Below, one piece after another: positions 57,657-64,000 of a stretch of 64,000 nt of DNA; the stretch's first letter is position 1; each line of letters begins with the position of its first letter. Source of the DNA: Opitutia bacterium (lineage in GTDB: Bacteria; Verrucomicrobiota; Verrucomicrobiia; Opitutales; Opitutaceae); the NCBI GenBank assembly GCA_947478395.1, contig CANJVR010000002.1, positions 640,001-704,000 of the forward strand, written 5' to 3'. The position numbers were made by a program, and so were the translations under genes. Under the pieces are notes generated by a model. It had not been told where the DNA came from. It worked only from the letters and a program-made list of their open reading frames with translations, and did no database searches.

Positions 57657-59990
57657 ATGGCCCTCACGCCACTTTCAACGTCGCCTCGTTCGAGCAGCTC
57701 CTTTGACGACGACTGGCTCTTTAGCCGAAGTGAGGATCAAAACCCGGAAGCCATCGCCTTCGACGATCGCGCCTGGCGGCGACTTTCGGTTCCACACGAC
57801 TGGAGTATCGAAGGACCGTTTGAGGAAAAAAATCCCACCGGCGGCGCGGGCGGATTTCTGCCGTCGGGCGTTGGTTGGTATCGGAAACATTTCACGCTCT
57901 CCGCTGCAGCCGAAAGCCAACGTGTCTTCGTCGCATTTGACGGCGTGATGGAAAACAGCCGCGTTTGGATCAACGGCACCTTCCTCGGTGAACGACCCTC
58001 CGGCTATGTGAGTTTTCGCTATGATCTCACGCCGCACGTCCGATTCGGCACGGCCCAGGAGAACGTGATCGCGGTCCGCGTGGATACCTCTGCCCAACCC
58101 GCCTCGCGTTGGTACACCGGCGCAGGAATTTATCGCCACGTCCGTCTGATCGTTTGCCACGCCGTACACCTGGAGGCCTGGGCCACTTTTATATCGACGC
58201 CGAAAATCGCCGCTGAGTTCGCCACCGTGCGCGTGCAGGCTCGGGCCAACAACCAATCGGCCAAAGTCCGTTCGATCTCACTGCACGTGACCCTGCGCAG
58301 CCCCGACGGGGAAATTGCGGCCGCAGCCGAGACCCCGATCCAATTTCTGCCCGCCAATCAGAACTGCGACTTTACTCACGATCTCACCCTCCCGCATCCG
58401 CTGCTCTGGAATCTCGATGCTCCGCGGCTTTATCAAGCGACCGTGAGCCTCTGTGATGAGGGCGCGGCGCTCGATGCGGAAACGGTGACGTTTGGGCTGC
58501 GCGACGCGCGTTTCGAAGCGGCGTCCGGCTTCTGGCTGAACAACCGAAACCTAAAAATCAAAGGGGTGTGCCTGCACCATGACGGTGGCGCGTTCGGCGC
58601 GGCGGTCCCGCTTACCATTTGGGCCCACCGCCTGACCGCTTTAAAATCGCTTGGGGTGAACGCCATTCGCACCGCCCACAATCCGCCGTCGCCGGAGTTT
58701 CTCGATCTGTGTGACCGCATGGGTTTCCTCGTGGTCGACGAACTTTTTGACTGCTGGACCGTCGGGAAAAATCCGCACGACTTTCACCGCCATTTCACGG
58801 CGTGGTCAGAGCGCGATTTGCGCGACACCGTGCGGCGCGATCGCAACCACCCGAGCATTATTCTCTACAGCGCTGGCAACGAGATTCACGACACCCCGCA
58901 GGAGAAAATGGCCTTCGGGATTCTGACCAAGCTCGTCGCGGCGTTTCACGAAGAGGATCCGACGCGGCCGGTAACCCAGGCGCTTTTTCGGCCCAACGTG
59001 AGTCACGATTACGACCACGGTCTGGCCGACTTGCTCGATGTGATCGGCACCAACTATCGGGATCTTGAATTGCTCGCCGCGCATGCGGCGAAGCCTTCCC
59101 GGAAAATTCTCGGCACCGAACAATCGCACGAACGCGGCGTGTGGCTGCGCTGTCGCGATAATCCGCCCCACAGCGGACAGTTTCTGTGGTGTGGCATTGA
59201 TTATCTCGGTGAATCCCGGGCGTGGCCTAATGTTGCGGCCGCGTCCGGTCTGCTCGACAAAACCGGCGGAGTGAAATCGATGGCTCTGGAACGAGCCGCG
59301 CTTTGGTGTGTTCAGCCCGTCGTACACGTCGTGCGTCGCACCGGTCGCTGGGAGTTCGCGCCGACGGATCCCGGTTTTACGCCGCTGGATCGCAAGCAGG
59401 TGCTGTTCGCCGACTGGACGCCGCGCGATTCCTCCGCGCATGAGGAGACGGTCGAGGTCTACAGTAACGCGGAGGAAGTCGAACTGGTTTTGAACGACCA
59501 CTCCCTCGGCACCCAAACGCGCGCGATCGACGACGCCCCGCGGATTTGGTCCGTCATTTATGCGCCGGGCATACTGCGAGCCATCTCCCGCAATGCGGGT
59601 ACGATTGTGGCCACCGCCGAACTCCGCACGGCTGGCCCACCGGTGCGCATCGCTCTGAGCTGCGCGCGCAAAATCATTTCCCCTGGTTGGGATGAAGTGG
59701 CGGTCATCACCGCGGTCGTCGTCGATGCGCAGGGCGTTCGCGTGCCGGATGCGACTCCACCAATTTCATTTTCAATTCAAGGCGCGGGCGCGGTCGTCGC
59801 AGTCGATACTGAGGATATTGCCAGCCACGAGCCGTTTCAGACCAATGTCCGCCACGCTTACCAGGGGCAGTGCGTCGCCTTTGTGCGCGCAACGGCCGCG
59901 GGCGGGCCGATTCATCTGCGCGCCAGCGCGGCGGGGATGGTGGACGGTGCGTTGGAGTTGGGCGTCGTGGGGACTGACCGCGTGCGGTAG
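57657..59990 (+). CDS. Glycoside hydrolase family 2 (beta-galactosidase-like), no signal peptide
   Basis: VPHDW, WYRKHF, RWYTGAGIYR, GVCLHHD, RTAHNP, RDRNHPS, GNE (acid/base), TE (nucleophile), DYLGE. Confidence 0.92.
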   Translation: MALTPLSTSPRSSSSFDDDWLFSRSEDQNPEAIAFDDRAWRRLSVPHDWSIEGPFEEKNPTGGAGGFLPSGVGWYRKHFTLSAAAESQRVFVAFDGVMENSRVWINGTFLGERPSGYVSFRYDLTPHVRFGTAQENVIAVRVDTSAQPASRWYTGAGIYRHVRLIVCHAVHLEAWATFISTPKIAAEFATVRVQARANNQSAKVRSISLHVTLRSPDGEIAAAAETPIQFLPANQNCDFTHDLTLPHPLLWNLDAPRLYQATVSLCDEGAALDAETVTFGLRDARFEAASGFWLNNRNLKIKGVCLHHDGGAFGAAVPLTIWAHRLTALKSLGVNAIRTAHNPPSPEFLDLCDRMGFLVVDELFDCWTVGKNPHDFHRHFTAWSERDLRDTVRRDRNHPSIILYSAGNEIHDTPQEKMAFGILTKLVAAFHEEDPTRPVTQALFRPNVSHDYDHGLADLLDVIGTNYRDLELLAAHAAKPSRKILGTEQSHERGVWLRCRDNPPHSGQFLWCGIDYLGESRAWPNVAAASGLLDKTGGVKSMALERAALWCVQPVVHVVRRTGRWEFAPTDPGFTPLDRKQVLFADWTPRDSSAHEETVEVYSNAEEVELVLNDHSLGTQTRAIDDAPRIWSVIYAPGILRAISRNAGTIVATAELRTAGPPVRIALSCARKIISPGWDEVAVITAVVVDAQGVRVPDATPPISFSIQGAGAVVAVDTEDIASHEPFQTNVRHAYQGQCVAFVRATAAGGPIHLRASAAGMVDGALELGVVGTDRVR

Positions 59991-60100
59991 CCAGAAAAAA
60001 ATTGGGCGCGGTGCCCTCGCCCCGCGAATCGTCGATCAACCAGAGACGCCCAAGCGGATGAGTGTACCCCGCCTACATATCGTTTCCACGCTTGAGAACG

Positions 60101-60134
60101 AAAAAAGCGCCGGCCCTTGCGGGCGCGGCGCTTT
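60101..60134 (-). terminator. Rho-independent terminator downstream of ahcY (possibly bidirectional)
   Basis: Minus strand AAAGCGCCGCGCCC-GCAA-GGGCCGGCGCTTTTTT. Confidence 0.75.
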
Positions 60135-60174
60135 GAAATTTTTGCCGGAGGATTTCTCCCGCAAAAGGCCCGGG

Positions 60175-61608
60175 TCAGTAGCGATAGTGCTCGGGCTTGT
60201 ATGGGCCTTCGACGGGCACACCGAGGTACTCGGCCTGATTCTTCGTAAGGAGCGTGAGCTTCGCCCCGATTTTATCGAGGTGGAGTCGGGCGACTTCTTC
60301 GTCGAGGTGCTTCGGCAGACGGTAAACGCCGGCCTTGTACGTGTCCTTGTTCTTCCAGAGATCGAGCTGGGCGAGCGTCTGGTTGGTGAAGGAGTTCGAC
60401 ATGACAAACGACGGATGGCCCGTCGCGCAGCCGAGATTCACCAGCCGGCCTTCGGCGAGCAGGTAGATATTCGGACCGCCCGCGAACGTGAAAAGGTCGT
60501 ACTGCGGTTTGATGTTCGTACGCGTGACGTTCGGCGCCTTGTAGAGGCGGTCGACCTGGATCTCATTGTCGAAATGGCCGATATTACAAACGATGGCCTG
60601 ATCCTTCATCCGCGCCATGTGCTCCAGCGTGATGATGTCTTTGTTGCCGGTCGTGGTGACGTAGATGTCGGCTGTGCCGAGGGTGGATTCGATCGTATTG
60701 ACCTCGAAGCCTTCCATCGCCGCTTGGAGCGCGTTAATCGGATCGATTTCAGTGACAATGACGCGGGCGCCAAAACCCTTGAGTGAAAACGCGGAGCCTT
60801 TGCCCACGTCGCCGTAACCGCACACGCAGGCCACTTTGCCGGCGATCATGACGTCGGTGGCGCGTTTGAGTCCGTCGGCGAGCGACTCACGACAACCGTA
60901 GAGATTGTCGAATTTCGATTTCGTGACGGAGTCGTTCACGTTGATCGACGGGACCAGCAGCTTGCCCTGTTCGTGCAGTTGATAGAGGCGGTGCACGCCG
61001 GTGGTCGTCTCCTCGGAGACGCCGCGCCAGTCTTTCACCATGCGAGTGAAGACGAGCGGATCTTCGGCGTGGACTTTCTTGAGCAGCGCCTTGATGACCG
61101 ATTCCTCGTGGGAGCCGGAAGCGGAGTCGACCCACGTGGAGCCGTTCTCGAGTTCGTAGCCCTTGTGGATCAAAAGCGTCACGTCACCGCCGTCATCGAC
61201 GACGAGTTGCGGGCCTTTGCTCCCGGGATGCACGACCGCCTTCCAGGTGAGATCCCAGTATTCCTCGAGCGTCTCGCCCTTCCAGGCGAACACGGGCACG
61301 CCGGCCTTCGCGATAGCGGCGGCGGCATGGTCCTGCGTCGAGAAGATGTTACAGGAAGCCCAGCGCACTTGGGCGCCGAGTTCGACCAGCGTCTCAATCA
61401 GCACGGCGGTCTGGATCGTCATGTGCAACGAACCCGTGATGCGCACGCCCTTCAGCGGCTTGGAAGGTCCGAATTTTTTGCGGACGGAAACGAGACCAGG
61501 CATCTCGTGTTCGGCGACCGAGATCTCTTTGCGACCCCATTCGGCGAGCGTGATATCTTTGACGTGGAAGTCAGAAGACTTGGATTGGGCGGGAGCGAGC
61601 GTAGACAT
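60175..61608 (-). CDS. ahcY: Adenosylhomocysteinase
   Basis: [51 protein letters not shown]. Confidence 0.97.
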   Translation of the reverse strand: MSTLAPAQSKSSDFHVKDITLAEWGRKEISVAEHEMPGLVSVRKKFGPSKPLKGVRITGSLHMTIQTAVLIETLVELGAQVRWASCNIFSTQDHAAAAIAKAGVPVFAWKGETLEEYWDLTWKAVVHPGSKGPQLVVDDGGDVTLLIHKGYELENGSTWVDSASGSHEESVIKALLKKVHAEDPLVFTRMVKDWRGVSEETTTGVHRLYQLHEQGKLLVPSINVNDSVTKSKFDNLYGCRESLADGLKRATDVMIAGKVACVCGYGDVGKGSAFSLKGFGARVIVTEIDPINALQAAMEGFEVNTIESTLGTADIYVTTTGNKDIITLEHMARMKDQAIVCNIGHFDNEIQVDRLYKAPNVTRTNIKPQYDLFTFAGGPNIYLLAEGRLVNLGCATGHPSFVMSNSFTNQTLAQLDLWKNKDTYKAGVYRLPKHLDEEVARLHLDKIGAKLTLLTKNQAEYLGVPVEGPYKPEHYRY

Positions 61609-61645
61609 GGTTAAAGCAGATGCAGAGCGCGGATTGAGCTTGGTG

Positions 61646-62824
61646 TCAGAGGGCTTTGACCGCGGCTTTGAGCGCGGCGGCCTTGTTTGTGATTTCCCAC
61701 GGGAGGCCGGCTTTGCCGAAGTGTCCGTAGTTGGTGGTCTGGCGATAAATTGGGCGGAGCAGGTTAAGCTGCTTCACGATGTCGGCGGGCTTGAAGCTGA
61801 AAACCTTCTGGACCGCGGCGGTGATCTGCTCGTCAGAGATGCCGAGCTTAGCGGTGCCGAACGTTTCTACGCGCACCGACACCGGCTGCGGATGACCGAT
61901 GGCGTAGGCGAATTGGATCTCGGTGTGGGAGGCGAGCCCCGCGGCGATAATGTTCTTCGCGACCCAGCGACCCATGTAGGCCGCGGAGCGATCGACCTTC
62001 GAAGGATCTTTGCCGGAGAAGGCGCCGCCGCCGTGCCGGCCCCAGCCGCCATAACTGTCGACGATGATCTTGCGGCCCGTGAGGCCGGAGTCGCCCTGCG
62101 GTCCGCCGACCACGAAACGGCCGGTCGGGTTGATCAGATACTCGGTATTTTTCGTCAGCATCGCAGCCGGGATAACCTTCTTGATGACGTTATCGATGAG
62201 GTAGCTTTCGATCATCGCATGCGCCGCCGCTTCCGTGTGCTGCGTAGAGATGACGACGTTGACCACTTCGACCGGCTTGTCGTTTTCGTAGCGGATCGAC
62301 ACCTGCGACTTTGCATCAGGGCGAAGCCAGGGGGCGGCGCCGCTTTTGCGGATTTTGGTGAGCTCGCGGCCCAAACGGTGGGCGAAGATGATCGGGGTCG
62401 GCATCAACTCGGGCGTCTCGCTACAGGCGTAGCCAAACATGATGCCCTGATCTCCGGCGCCCTGCTCGGCGGTCTTTTTGCCCTTGGCCTTTTTCGCGTC
62501 AACGCCTTGGGCAATATCCGGTGACTGGCGCGTAAGGTAGTTGTTGATGAAAACACTGTCAGCGTGGAACACGTCATCGCTGTTCACATAGCCGATGTCG
62601 CGAATCGCGGCGCGCACGATGGCCTCGTAGTTGAGTTTCGCGCGCGTGGTGATTTCGCCGGCCAAAATAACCATGTTCGACTTGACCATGGTTTCACACG
62701 CCACGCGGCTCGACTTGTCCTGCGCCAGACAGGCGTCCAGCACGCTGTCGGAAATGAGGTCAGCGACTTTGTCGGGGTGACCTTCGCCCACGGATTCAGA
62801 GGAGAAAACAAATGAGTTAGCCAT
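61646..62824 (-). CDS. metK: Methionine adenosyltransferase
   Basis: [31 protein letters not shown]. Confidence 0.97.
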   Translation of the reverse strand: MANSFVFSSESVGEGHPDKVADLISDSVLDACLAQDKSSRVACETMVKSNMVILAGEITTRAKLNYEAIVRAAIRDIGYVNSDDVFHADSVFINNYLTRQSPDIAQGVDAKKAKGKKTAEQGAGDQGIMFGYACSETPELMPTPIIFAHRLGRELTKIRKSGAAPWLRPDAKSQVSIRYENDKPVEVVNVVISTQHTEAAAHAMIESYLIDNVIKKVIPAAMLTKNTEYLINPTGRFVVGGPQGDSGLTGRKIIVDSYGGWGRHGGGAFSGKDPSKVDRSAAYMGRWVAKNIIAAGLASHTEIQFAYAIGHPQPVSVRVETFGTAKLGISDEQITAAVQKVFSFKPADIVKQLNLLRPIYRQTTNYGHFGKAGLPWEITNKAAALKAAVKAL

Positions 62825-62880
62825 AGATTTATTGGAAAGAGCTTGGACAAAAACCACCGCCTCAGAGCGGCGCAAGTCTA

Positions 62881-62900
62881 ATATCAACATATACTGATTT
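62881..62900. promoter_or_regulatory. SahR-like operator palindrome upstream of metK-ahcY
   Basis: ATATCAACATATACTGATTT = ATATCA-N8-TGATTT, an AT-rich island beside a TTGCGC-17 nt-TTTTGT promoter-like element. Confidence 0.6.
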
Positions 62901-63283
62901 TGTGATGTGAGTAGAAAGAAGTTTCCTCACCAAACGCGGATTCACTGCATCCGTGGGCATGAATCTGAATCCTCGGAGCTTGGAACGCGGGCTACTCCCG
63001 AGTGGCTGTCCGGCCGGTGCCATCTCGCTCGGGCGAACGACCGCGCCGCTTATAAACCGTGCAAGCCGAGTTCGCGCGCTGCGGCTCGAACGGAAAAAGC
63101 GGCTTCCGCCGGCCTGAAAGCGTCGCGTTCCGAAAAGGTGGCGGCGGGTCCTCCGGGCGCGAACAGATCAAGTGCACCGCACCGCGACCGAGAGCGGTTT
63201 CAGTTTTTCCCTCTCCGTTTTAGGTGGCGGCGAGGGCTCTCCGCGTGCCGGATGCGGTGGCGGCGAAGCGGGCGCGCTTTGCC

Positions 63284-64000
63284 TCAACGATAAAGGGCCG
63301 TCGTCGGCGCCGCCGTCAGCACGTTGTACTGGCGGATCGCGAGTCGCCACCATTCGGCCACCGCGCTGGAAGGACTACTCCACAGCTCGCGGTGCAGCCA
63401 AATCATCGAATCGGCATCGAGCAGCAGCGCCATTTTCTCCTTTGTCGCGAGCTTCTCCGGACCTTCCCGCAACAGGCGCTGACGCAGCTGAGCAAACCAC
63501 TCGCGCGCCTCCTCACTCGGCCGGCGCTGACGCAGCAGACCGACGTGCATGGCATTGATGTACGGATCAAGCACCGCTTGCATCAGGCCGTAATCGGTGC
63601 GCAATGGCTCGAAAGGCGGCAGATGCCGGTAGCACTCCGCGAGATTTTGCTGGAGCCGTTTAAGCTCGTACGGCGGATGCGTCTCCTCGGGCGTGAGAAA
63701 AAGGCCGAGGTCGCGCGAGCGGCGGCCGAACGCGGCGTTGCTGAGGAAAATTGAGAGCGGAATCGAAAGCACCAAACCGGCGATCACGGGACTCAGCCAC
63801 CAGAAGAATGCCGGCTGCAAAATGAACGACGACAAGCCCCACACCAGGCCGAAAACTGTCTGGCCTCCATGAGTGAGAATCGCCTCACGCCAGTCCGTGC
63901 CACCGTCCTCGCTCGCGCGCTGCTGGGTCACCCACGCCACCCCTTGGCCGAGCAGTGTGAACAGAACAAACTTCGCGTTGAAAATCATGTTGATCGGCGC
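63284..64000 (-). CDS. opgH: Glucans biosynthesis glucosyltransferase H, C-terminal part (5'-partial)
   Basis: APINMIF, LGQGVAWVTQQR, WWLSP, GLFLTPEE, VLDPYINAMH; frame open to the window end. Confidence 0.85.
   Translation of the reverse strand, partial: APINMIFNAKFVLFTLLGQGVAWVTQQRASEDGGTDWREAILTHGGQTVFGLVWGLSSFILQPAFFWWLSPVIAGLVLSIPLSIFLSNAAFGRRSRDLGLFLTPEETHPPYELKRLQQNLAECYRHLPPFEPLRTDYGLMQAVLDPYINAMHVGLLRQRRPSEEAREWFAQLRQRLLREGPEKLATKEKMALLLDADSMIWLHRELWSSPSSAVAEWWRLAIRQYNVLTAAPTTALYR

Noticed and set aside
59692..62524. Long plus-strand ORFs (364, 213 and 453 aa)
   Set aside because: Antisense shadows of ahcY and metK.
62901..63283. Possible SAH or SAM riboswitch upstream of metK-ahcY
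   Set aside because: Only a CTCCGAGG fragment resembles the SAH riboswitch; the GAGCGCTGC and CAGGCTCGG elements are absent. The region looks like degenerate GTGGCGGCG-type repeats.

Overview
GC-rich bacterial chromosomal window. Gene content and protein families point to Verrucomicrobiota, most likely Opitutaceae (inference from recognised families, no database search). Most of it is housekeeping: dksA-like/lspA, yicC, trpB, acnA, tyrS, cls, zwf-opcA, pdhABC, uvrB, zinc-free L36/L31, aroQ, pgsA-pgpA, coaD, a MacAB-type exporter, metK-ahcY and a partial opgH. The main accessory locus (about 13.5-26.1 kb, minus strand) encodes an Akkermansia Amuc_1098-1102-like outer-membrane secretion or pilus module: a PilM-PilN fusion, an Amuc_1100-like protein, a PilP/GspC-like protein and a TPR-secretin. 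It is followed directly by a ~1700-aa exported Ig-repeat protein ending in a duplicated 'N(I/V)STRG' domain, a candidate sorting signal for this machine. Inside that locus are a 180-nt 6S-RNA-like hairpin and a compositionally foreign cassette within the secretin. Other notable items are a methyltransferase / FAD-oxidoreductase / type III PKS cluster, an L-galactose-like catabolic operon, an Rsm22/METTL17-like methyltransferase with four candidate Fe-S cysteines, a SahR-like operator upstream of metK-ahcY, and several GTAG-type REP/REPIN palindromes. No tRNA, rRNA, CRISPR array, transposase or prophage was seen. Start codons were trimmed by eye where the ORF track over-extends.
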